A DNA stretch of 64,000 bases, taken from contig NW_014577068.1 of the NCBI RefSeq assembly GCF_000485595.1, positions 554,023 through 618,022 on the forward strand. Reading direction: 5' to 3'. The notes under the pieces were generated by a model. It was given only the letters and a program-made list of their open reading frames with translations. It had not been told where the DNA came from and did no database searches. This stretch comes from Priapulus caudatus (taxonomy: Eukaryota). Positions 38,801 to 47,085 of this stretch are shown piece by piece; position 1 is the first letter of the stretch; every line of letters starts with the position of its first letter. The position numbers and the translations under genes were made by a program.

Positions 38801-41800
38801 CCATTTGGCAACGTTGTGTCCGCTAAGGTGTTCATTGACAAGCAGACCAACCTAAGCAAGTGTTTTGGTAAGATTGAGAGAGCACTGCATTGTCATCAGT
38901 ACAATGAATAGTCTTAATAGTCGTCTTAGTCTCGACTTATTGTTCGAGACCGTTGTTAGGAAAAATCGTAATTGTATAACAGATATAGGTGTAGAAATTA
39001 ACTTTTGAACAAGGGAGTCCGTTGGACTCCCTGCCCTCTAAAAGAGGGAGTTCGCAGCAAAATGTGGGGGTCCGCAGTCTGAAATGCAAAACTAAAGCAT
39101 AACAACAATAACACATGCTTATGTTGAAGATTCATGCAATGCATGTGTGCCAAATTTTCTTTGGATATTTGCTGAAAAAATACGGTAATTCTGTGAGGCT
39201 GTGCTCTGGAACGAACTAATTAGTATGGCAGAGTTTTCAGGGAGTCACATGGACTCCTGTATTTGTCAAATAAGGGAGTCCGACAGTAAATCAGGGAGTA
39301 TTTGACTCCGGACTCCCGTTAATTTCGCACCCTGCAGATATAAAATTTTCAAATTTGCTCGCATATCCTACCCTGTCATAGCATCGTAACCATTAACGAA
39401 GAAAAAACTGAAATTATATAATGAAGTGTGTTGATACTATATTTAAGTTGTTTTTGGTAAAAGCTCTAAATATCATATCCTTGCAAACGTTTGCAACACT
39501 ATCAATTGTTTTCTTGTTTTGATGATATATTAGCATCTGTTATATTCAATATATATAGTACTACTCATAGAAATGCAATCATCTGTTATCCAGCTGCTGT
39601 TTAATTGTAATTTTTGGGTTTAGATATTCATGCTTTATTTGTATGTTGCTCAAAACAGACCACTACTGCATAAATTTCTAAGTGAGGTTTTGTTCAGTAT
39701 ACATGCTTGCATTGTTGCCTGCTTTGCAAACCTTTCATGTACACTAAAACCTGGATATAAGGAATGCTTGAGAGAAACCACAAATGTGTCTTTACGTTCA
39801 GTTTTCTGTTATGTACAGGTTGTTTAACTGTACATACAATTTTCATCAGAGACATGTGTGTCTGCTACATAGGTTCAGTGGCGTAGACAGGTTCTCAGTT
39901 GGTGGGGGGGGGATGATTTCACTGTTACTTCCATCATAATCAGGAGTAGATAATAGGGAGGAGTGTGACATCAATAAACAAGGGAAATTCGTCATTTACT
40001 AGCCTTATAATACCTACGATTTACTACGCGTAACTCATCCAACTTGAGCTCAAATCGGACACAGTACATTCGCCCATCATCGTACGAAATCGTTTCCTCG
40101 TAGACACCCGCAATCCGGTGATACAGCCTAAAACGTACGACACGATTCTCCATTCTTTGGACATTAATCCAACGCCTCCATTGCGCGCCTATAATTCAGA
40201 CAAAAGGCAGCAACACTGGCGCGCAGTCGCTGTGTTTGCTCTCTCGGATAGCTGAATGTGGCGTTGTGGCTCGCGGGGAGATTGGAGATCGACGCAACAC
40301 TCGACGAGCTAATCATGCGGTTGGCGTGCGTGCGTGAAGGCATGCCAGCTATGTACAAAGGTACGTGGCCGTGATCATGCTGTTTGTACAGTCATAGTAT
40401 ATACTCGACCGCGCTCGTGATGTCCTAATCTCCCGCGAGGCCCACATGCCTCGCTGGTTAGCAATTTAGCCGCGTTAGTAGGCTGCCTTTTGTTTGAATT
40501 ATTAGAGCGCGCCAATGGCGTTGGATTGATGCGCCATAGAATGGAGATCGTGTCGTACGTTTAGCTGTATCTATGGATTGCTCGGCCTGATCTACTCGCG
40601 AGGAACGATTTCGGTCACGATGAATATTTTTGTTGTATGACTGTTCTCATTTGAGCCTTTTGTTTTGGAATGAGTTACGTTTGTGTATAGTACATCGTAC
40701 GCTCTCTCTCTTGCATTAGTAAATGACTATTTCCCTTGTTTATTTTGCGCTCGCTCACACTCCTCTCCTCCTCTCACTTATCTACTCCTGATATATAAGT
40801 TATATTGAAGAGTGTGCTCGAGTAGCGCACACGCGAAGCACTTGCGCGCAAAGCCTTAAATGGGTGGGGTCCAGGACCACTGTAGATCCTTTAGGACAAT
40901 TTTAGAAGCTTCAAGTGGTCGTTTTTTGACGGTAATTGAAAAATTGATATTGTAAGTGCAATTTTTCGTGAATTCAGAGGTACATCTTTTTTCTTGGAAT
41001 CTAAATTTGGATTACGGTTTAATAACACGCACCCCCCACACACACAACCAAGTGGCGGGATTCCAGAAGTGAATTCTTAGGGCGGGGGGGCAGAGGGCAA
41101 AATCATCGCGAGCTCAAGGGCGCGAAGCGGCCGCACTGTGTGGAATGTTAAAATTCTGGCAATCTAACAGCAATCAATTTTGGAATCTTTTATCATAAAT
41201 ATCAGGGTTTTTCCTCTTCAGGGGAGTGCTCCCCCTGCGCTGTGTTAGGGGGGGTCCAGGGGACCTCCCCGGAAATTTTGTTGAAAAGTAACACCTCTTC
41301 GATGCAATTATCCTGCACTATGAGGCAGCACTATTAAAACAATCTTCCTCACAATAACAGTTCACTGTTGAGTTGCAGTAATCTTTTACGCCTTTTGGGG
41401 ACATCAAAGACTAACATGCCTTACTACAAATCTAGTGCTGGTACATGTACTTGTTCTTCACTGGGGTTGCCAGTGCCAGACTTACTAGGCTAAAATACCT
41501 TTAACCTGAAAGAGTTCTAGGCGGGGGGGCGACCGCCCCCTTGTGCTACCGATCCCCGCAGTTGAGACTACAGCAACTGGAATCGATCTTCCCCCTGAAT
41601 TTTGATAAAGGCGTAGTATTTTTACTGAGAACCTTTAAACTGCTAAAGAATATTGGAAAACACACCAGATTTGAACCAAATAGTGCAGTTACTTTTCACC
41701 CCTAAGTTATACAAGATCCGGGAATATATTTTCCTGGCTCGGGTCCGCTCAGCACCCCCAGTCCCCGCTCCCAAAAAGTGAGATGAATTGGATTTTCCCA

Positions 41801-42830
41801 TTCACTCCCCCCTGAAAATTCAACTATCCCACTCTCATATGACGTCTATTCCTAATTTTGAATGCAAGCAAGGATTTAAGACTTTTGGATAGGCAGTGAT
41901 TAAGATGGTGATTTCGGGGATTTTGAACAAAAATCGTATGATGGGGAATGCATCCACCACCCTCTAACCGGTCTGCAGTTTCAGTAAACTTAATGTCATT
42001 CTTGGAACGACAATTAGCCATTTTCTACCAGTAGGATGTATGGTCACGTTCCATTTCTGTTAACATAACATTAGGAGAGTTAGTGAATAGCGATGACGGA
42101 TTCTGTAGAATCAAATATCAGTATTTATGTCTGGTCAAATACTTAAATGTTTCCCATATTTCTTTCCTCGAAATAGGCGGAGTGATGAAAGTCACCCCAC
42201 CTCAATAAGGTGTGAACGGGGATATACGCCCATCTCCCCTGCGTATCTATGCCTTGTCAGATGAACTTAATTTGATTTTTGATATGCATACAAATTCATT
42301 AATCTATCTTTGTTAGCAGTACTCTACAGCACGCCCAGAACGAATTTTTTTGGGGGCGGGTGCTAATTTGTTACGTCCTGACAGCTGGCCAATTGCAGAG
42401 CGCTCAATTTGCGAGTGAGGGCCGCGTGTCGGTAAGAACACATGCGGGGTGGGTAGTGGGGTCCTCCCCAGAAAATTTGAATTCCCTATTTTCCTCCTGA
42501 AAGTAGGGGGGGATGATTGTACACGCCATTCCCCCCACCGCGTCAATAAGTGGGGGGGATGCATCCCCCCATCCCCCCCGCTATCTACGCCCCTGCATAG
42601 GTTTGACAGTATATGTTTCAAGAAAGACGAGCTATTGTAAGGAGTCTAACTGCAAAATACATGCTGGCTCATAAATAATCGTTGCATTTTCTACCTTTAC
42701 AGGGTTCGTGAGTTATGACAACGCAATATCGGCTACAGCCGCCATTCAGGCGATGAACGGATTCCAGATAGGAATGAAGCGACTAAAAGTCCAGTTGAAA
42801 CGGTCAAAGGAGACTGGCAAACCATACTAA
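7380..42830 (+). CDS. CELF2: CELF1/2-subfamily (Bruno/CUGBP/ETR-3) RNA-binding protein gene, 5'-partial, 13 coding exons in the window (482 aa: end of RRM1, RRM2, linker, RRM3)
   Basis: Exons join in frame through GT-AG sites and total 1449 nt. Motifs [41 protein letters not shown] and [17 protein letters not shown] match the CELF1/2 subfamily rather than CELF3-6 (MNRPIQVKPAD, GPEGCNLF, KRPKDANRPY). The symbol is for the subfamily; one-to-one orthology is not established. Confidence 0.95.
8270..9120. repeat. 28-bp tandem minisatellite with a 280-bp higher-order duplication
   Basis: Unit gatagctttgctgctatctttagtgcgt (8415, 8443, ...); the block starting at 8521 is repeated at 8801. Confidence 0.93.
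10513..10789. mobile_element. Palindromic MITE, PIF/Harbinger-like
   Basis: About 50-bp inverted ends gcagcacacttcaccattttcgttgctcgtacaggcaattttcgtggtcg; flanked by TAA on the left and TTA on the right. Confidence 0.65.
10916..11340. mobile_element. PIF/Harbinger-like MITE with TAA TSD
   Basis: TAA|AGCCGGGC...GCCCGGCT|TAA with inverted termini of about 70 bp. Confidence 0.8.
11929..13596. mobile_element. Nested cluster of one MITE family with TACCCCGTCACAC-type termini (Harbinger-like)
   Basis: taccccgtca at 11929, 12091 and 12849; reverse termini at about 13462 and at 13596; 12091-12430 is inverted relative to 13095-13462. Confidence 0.7.
13654..13925. mobile_element. MITE with about 40-bp TIRs enclosing TTAGGG-like repeats
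   Basis: agggtctatgtc...gtactgccggaacgtaccctg, its reverse complement at the right end, and ttagggttagggttagg inside. Confidence 0.7.
14422..14510. repeat. (AGAC)n microsatellite
   Basis: Direct inspection. Confidence 0.95.
18576..18962 (+). mobile_element. Helentron-associated (HINE/DINE-1-like) element with internal tandem repeats, running into a gap
   Basis: ttacctccgccaagg...ggttatgttttcacc, (gttt)n, then three repeats of about 80-90 bp containing tcagaaatggg...tttggtgg..atccgga. Confidence 0.6.
20081..20215 (+). CDS. CELF2: CELF exon: first half of RRM2 ([45 protein letters not shown])
   Basis: tctcttgcag|GT...AAAG|gtgtgt, 135 nt; contains RNP2 LFVGM. Confidence 0.95.
20628..20995 (+). 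mobile_element. hAT-like MITE family A, copy 1, 6-bp TSD CTTACC
   Basis: Imperfect TIR CAGGGGTAGAAATTAAC / GTTAATTTCGCACCCTG. Confidence 0.85.
21930..22242 (-). mobile_element. HINE-like element (minus copy)
   Basis: Reverse complement reads tttttagctcatctgac..gtcagatgcagctt, (gtcc)n, ggtcaaaggtca. Confidence 0.6.
22469..22860 (+). mobile_element. HINE-like element (plus copy, inverted relative to 21930-22242)
   Basis: ttagctcagctgacgaagtcagatgcaactt, (gtcc)n, ggtcaaaggtca. Confidence 0.6.
23083..24228 (+). mobile_element. Kolobok-like non-autonomous element, long copy
   Basis: TIR GGATACTCTCAA / TTGAGAGTATCC; TTAA on the right, left target degenerate. Confidence 0.8.
24801..24880 (+). CDS. 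CELF2: CELF exon: RRM2 RNP1 ([27 protein letters not shown])
   Basis: tatttgcag|GT...GAG|gtgagt, 80 nt. Confidence 0.95.
26148..26297 (+). CDS. CELF2: CELF exon: end of RRM2 and start of linker ([25 protein letters not shown]...TPQQYIA)
   Basis: cttccctag|GGC...GCT|gtaagt, 150 nt. Confidence 0.95.
27649..28350 (+). mobile_element. Kolobok-like element, internally deleted copy
   Basis: TTAA|GGATACTCTCAA...TTGAGAGTATCC|TTAA; closely similar to 23083-24228 but lacking the segment at about 23636-24050. Confidence 0.87.
28811..28970 (+). CDS. CELF2: CELF linker exon ([13 protein letters not shown]...[17 protein letters not shown])
   Basis: ttaag|TTG, or in-frame cag|CAA at 28820; ends GCAG|gtacgt; the LLQQ start resembles vertebrate CELF1/2. 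Confidence 0.85.
29103..29411. mobile_element. Tigger/pogo-like MITE with TA TSD
   Basis: TA|CAGTACACAGTCTATTATCTGAAA...TTTCGGATAAGAGATTGTGTACTG|TA. Confidence 0.78.
29547..29666 (+). CDS. CELF2: CELF linker exon ([40 protein letters not shown])
   Basis: ttggcag|GA...CAAG|gtatgc, 120 nt, phase 1-1. Confidence 0.85.
29973..30128 (+). CDS. CELF2: CELF linker exon ([24 protein letters not shown]...MWQGGQEA)
   Basis: ttttatttcag|GT...GCAG|gtaaag, 156 nt, phase 1-1. Confidence 0.87.
30167..30497 (-). mobile_element. hAT-like MITE family A, copy 2 (inverted), 6-bp TSD CTCTCT
   Basis: CTCTCT|CAGGGTGCGAAATTAAC...GTTAATTTCTACCCCTG|CTCTCT. Confidence 0.87.
30902..30958 (+). CDS. CELF2: Small CELF linker exon, possibly a cassette ([19 protein letters not shown])
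   Basis: cctgattgcag|GT...CAAG|gtatac, 57 nt, phase 1-1, composition similar to the flanking exons. Confidence 0.65.
32741..32869 (+). CDS. CELF2: CELF linker exon ([43 protein letters not shown])
   Basis: ctcttgcag|GC...TTGG|gtaagt, 129 nt, phase 1-1. Confidence 0.87.
34077..34380. mobile_element. hAT-like MITE; TSD not recognisable
   Basis: CAGGGTTCTCC...GGAGAACCCTG. Confidence 0.55.
34520..35408 (+). mobile_element. HINE/pearl-type Helentron-associated element carrying a 146-bp tandem core repeat (about 5 copies)
   Basis: 5' ccccgc..gcgggg hairpin; ttcccttcc recurs at 34751, 34897, 35043, 35142 and 35288; 3' gggggata, palindrome agttg..caact and ctagtt end. Confidence 0.75.
36586..36651 (+). 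CDS. CELF2: CELF linker exon with the conserved [11 protein letters not shown] motif
   Basis: ctttgtag|GG...ACAG|gtttgt, 66 nt; resembles vertebrate LTQAYSGIQQY. Confidence 0.9.
38016..38087 (+). CDS. CELF2: CELF exon preceding RRM3 ([24 protein letters not shown])
   Basis: ttcttacag|CAG (NAGNAG)...GAAG|gtgaga, 72 nt. Confidence 0.88.
38724..38867 (+). CDS. CELF2: CELF exon: first half of RRM3 ([48 protein letters not shown])
   Basis: cattgcag|GT...TTTG|gtaaga, 144 nt. Confidence 0.97.
38986..39334 (+). mobile_element. hAT-like MITE family A, copy 3, 6-bp TSD CAGATA
   Basis: CAGATA|TAGGTGTAGAAATTAAC...GTTAATTTCGCACCCTG|CAGATA. Confidence 0.85.
39876..42595. mobile_element. 2.7-kb non-autonomous hAT element with a perfect 8-bp TSD and nested insertions
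   Basis: CATAGGTT|CAGTGGCGTAGA...TCTACGCCCCTG|CATAGGTT. Confidence 0.85.
39941..40790. mobile_element. 850-bp foldback element with CAGGAGTAGATAA termini, nested in the hAT element
   Basis: Arms of about 400 bp are diverged reverse complements (e.g. cgtacgacacgattctcccattct vs agaatggagatcgtgtcgtacg); TSD not clear. Confidence 0.72.
42703..42830 (+). CDS. CELF2: Last CELF coding exon: second half of RRM3 ([42 protein letters not shown])
   Basis: cctttacag|GG...CCATACTAA; stop at 42828-42830. Confidence 0.97.
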
Positions 42831-44091
42831 TGGTTAGTATTGATGCACCCCTTTTCTTGCTGTCGGTGAACTGTTTGGCGAATGAGATGAGGAGTTTAGA
42901 ATCTGGCAGCCATTCCACGTCTTTTGTGCTGAGCAAAGGCACTTTGGAATATTGAACTCTTGGCAATTATAAATGCAAAGGAAGGATATTGTCTTCGTGT
43001 CTGTGTTTTGGAATATCCTTGCGAAGGAGCCACAAAGTACAAAAGGTGAGTCTAGCTTTTGTTTTTCCAAATGAAGGTACCATTTCCATATGATGCCATG
43101 TTCTGCAATCACCGTGCAATATCACTGCATACGATCTGATCGGTTGCATTGCCTCCTCTCGGAAATGGTACCTTTTCGGCCTCTTTTCCTCACTTGAGGT
43201 TTCAGGCCAAAGTTTAGCATTTGCAGACACGTCTACATGGATGAGCAGGATGTCAAAGTCAGACCGTGAAGCATCGTCAAGTTGTACTGAAAGAAAGCAA
43301 GGACCACAGTGTGTAATTGGCTGGACACTATATAATTGTTTCATCCTTTAGCTGTATAGGAGAGCGTGTATATGTGTGTGAATGTGCGTGTGTGTGTGTG
43401 TGTGGACGCGTGTATGTGATATAGGATGTTGTGTTATTTCGTGTAATGTGTTTTGACCTGACCAGGGACTGCTTATTGTCACCTTATTTGCATATCATTG
43501 TATGTTTTGTTTTAGAACATTCAATAGCTGGGGAAAGTCCTCACTCCTCTTCCTGTAGTAGTACTGTCCATATCAATGTTGCAACCCCACATTTTGAAAA
43601 GTAAAGAAAAATGTTCCTCTGATTATGCAAATTATTCAGCAAAAAGTATTTTTTATACAGTCTTTTTTTTGTTAGACTTTAGACTTCCTAGAATGCTATG
43701 CAAGCTATTATAATTCAATTTCTTGCCTGTTTCACCACTGTTAGCTCCGTTCATTTGCACTGTGTCATGTCAACTATGACCCGTGACATTAACCCTTGTT
43801 AAGTCTTGTGACCTCTTTCTCCCTGCCTGCTTTATCCTTTATATGCTCACGCACCTAGATAGTTACTTGTTCTGTGTTTATACGCTTCCTACTACAGCCT
43901 CGTCATGTACCTGTCTATGCAATTGTTCGTTTTACTCTCTTCCTAACCTGGTATCGTATACTCGTCTAATCTCTACTGCATTACACTCTGCTATTGTCGC
44001 TGGGGTCTTACTTCCTACTCGTGTCATAGCTAGCTACTCATCTGTTCTCTCTTACTTCCTACCTTGGTTCTACATGCCTATCTTTGCATGC

Positions 44092-44296
44092 ACTTAATTT
44101 CTACCATGTTTTCCTGTACCTTGCTTCTCGCCTGCTCTTCTCTCTTACTTAATTTCTACCGTGTTTTCCTGTACCTTGCTTCTCGCCTGCTCTTCTCTCT
44201 TACTTAATTTCTACCTTGTTTTCCTGTACCTAGCTTCTCACCTGCTCTTCTCTCTTACTTAATTTCTACCGTGGTTTCCTGTACCTAGCTGCTCAC
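44092..44296. repeat. 55-bp pyrimidine-rich tandem repeat, about 3.7 copies
   Basis: acttaatttctacc at 44092, 44147, 44202 and 44257. Confidence 0.92.
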
Positions 44297-47046
44297 TCGT
44301 ATTGCATTCTTCCTGCCATGGGTCTTCTATACTCAGCTATTTATGCTGTTTGCTCGTTCTCTACTTCTCCTTACTCTTCTATACATAGCTGCTCACTTGT
44401 CCTTACCTTACCTTACCTTACCTTACCTTATGTCTCCTCTACTTAGCTACTCACTTGTCCACCCTTACTCCTTTCTTACCTTGATATTATGGACTTAGCG
44501 ATTCACCTGTTCTCTTTGACTCATTTCTTATCTAGATTTTCTGTACTTATATTTAGTTACTCACTATTTTGTATTACTTACTCCCATCTCTAGTCTTCTA
44601 CACCTAACTACTGTCTTGTTCTCTTTTACTTGCCTCTTACCCTCGTGTCCCACGAATCTATCTTTTTATTTTCAGTTCTTATGCTTCATTTTCTTTCTCG
44701 TGTATCTATCAACTCACGTTTTCTATGTTATTTACTTCTTTCTTGCACTAGTCTCCTCGGGCTCAGTTGCTTGCATTCTTATTGATAACGTTCCTACCTT
44801 CTCATCTGCTTGCTTCCCTGTAGGCTGCTCTGCCGTTAGTATAGTACTTGCGTCTAATACTTGTCTGTTTTGCTGTTCTCTCTAGGTCACTGTGAGTTGT
44901 TGAAACCCCGTAGCGTCAGTTCTGATTGGTTCGTTGGCGTCTGTCCGTCGTGTCTTCTACCTGCCGTCGTCTGTACGTATGTAAGTGGCGTGTCATTTTC
45001 GTCTTGGCTCCACTGCTCCGTCCACTCGAACGAGTGGTGGAAGTGGATGTGTGGATCGGCCATTACAATATTAAGTCTGTGTGCAAGGTTATCATAAGTG
45101 TTTGATGATTTTCTTTATTTCGAGGGTTGTTACCTCACCTTTCCAACTTCTGTGTCCTATTTCTTCAAATGGTACGATTCCGCCATTTGTTTTATAGATG
45201 ATGTTGAATTAGTCCAGTGTTTGCAAGTAGAGTACCTTGTGTACAGGAAAAGGCGTATTAAGACTTGTTTGATGTTTGGTAGCTTTTTATGAAAGCCTGT
45301 GGCAGAGCATGTTCTAATGAATTTCTGGAGATTTTAGTCAGGCCTGTGGCAGACGTCAGTGGAATTGAGTCAATGGAACGAGTTTGTTTTGTCCTGGGTG
45401 AGAACCAAGTTTTTTGTCTGCTGATACTGCTGGACCCAACCTGTCTTGAAGTGCAAGTTTATCGATTTCAAGTTTGAAGTTGTAATTTTATTGTGTTCCT
45501 TAGTGGCAATTTAATGGCATTTCATACCTCAAGGTGTTCTACAGTGGATTTTTATTTTGTCTTGTATGTCTGTTTTACACAATATTTTTAATTAACTTGC
45601 TTGTAAGTTTATTAAGTCCAAGTCTTAGTAAAACTTTGCGTAAATGGAGGGTTCAGTTGTATGTTGCTTAGCATAGATTTGTAAAAAAAAAAATCGATGG
45701 TTCCACCCAGGATGGACAAATTTGGGAAAAATCTATTAGTTTTTGCTTTAGCTAGCTAACCCCAATGTATAACTCGGGAGTGTTGAATGTTTGGTTCTGC
45801 GTTCGTATATGTATATGTACTAAGGGCTTTTACACGCGTCTAGGCGAAAACGTGCGTGTTCGTGCGTGAATATGTATAATGTATAACTCAAACTGGCAGT
45901 GCGTGTGTGTGAGTATGTTTCTCTGTGTAGACCAGGAATTAGTATGTTTTACGTGGACGTTTACCACGGTTTAAGTTGCATGCCTGGCCAAATTGTTTCG
46001 TGGAGTTGTGTACTAGTGCACCAAGTGTTTGTAATTAACTTATTGATTACGATAGATTTTTTCACGTGCCACATAACTTGATAAAGGCGTGAGAAGCATG
46101 CCATGGTGTGTGCGTCCTGACTTGAACTGCCGAGCAGTGTGTGTTAAGAAAATTGTCTAATCACAATAGCTGCCAGTTTGAGTTTTGCATAGCCCGAACA
46201 ACCAACCAATACTACTTGTCATGATGTCTTAGAATTTCCATTTGTAAAAGAAATAAGAATTTTGTAGGAGCCGCTCATTACTGTGTTCTTCCACAGCCAG
46301 TTTATCGCATGCACGTGATATATGGATATATTTACCTGAGGATATTGCACTATTCAACGTGTTCTATATCCATTGTATCATTTAAGTTGTGTGACCTTTC
46401 GTAAGTTGTGTATCTTTGCATGCTACTATAAATTGAGACAATATGAGGTAAGAGCTATCTACTGTTTACACTGGAAATGTTCAGACAATAATATGGTCAG
46501 TGGGTTGGCGAGAAGTAGTAGACTGATATTTGGTGTAGTCTTCGTTGCTTACTGTTTGTGGTGGATTGTAATGTATGGTGTTGCATGGCACTCAATGCGG
46601 GGTTAATCGAAAGAGCAGCTCCAGACATAGTTAGTCGATAACTGGTGTCCTCTATGTTGGTGCAGTGTACTTGTGGCAGTTCTGTGAGTAGCCGTGTTTC
46701 CTCTTTATGTATCACGGGGTGAAGCGAATGTGCCAAACACTGTAACGTGTTTTCCGATATTTGTAAACCACAGCTATGCTGTGTTACATCGACATAGGCC
46801 GTTGGTTTACCCTGTCCATGGGCGCAATGCCTCAAATGCTACCTTATGTAGAAGTTCCAACACTGACAACTTCAAGTGTTTGACGTACACGACTGGCTAT
46901 AGATAAATAGTTGCAGATAGTCTTCACTTTGACAATTATTATCTATAAGAGGCATTATTGTATTTGCGATTTTACATAATTGAAACAATATCTACATCAC
47001 CAGCAGTGTAGCAGGTAACGGTGTGTGTTGACCTTGAAGTGGAAGG

Positions 47047-47085
<39 letters not shown>

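Noticed and set aside
42828..42870. Stop-codon readthrough extension
   Set aside because: TAA-T is not a leaky context, the next stop follows after about 12 codons, and KPY* is the conserved family C-terminus.
44401..44430. (CCTTA)6 as an arthropod telomeric repeat
   Set aside because: Its reverse complement is TAAGG, not TTAGG.
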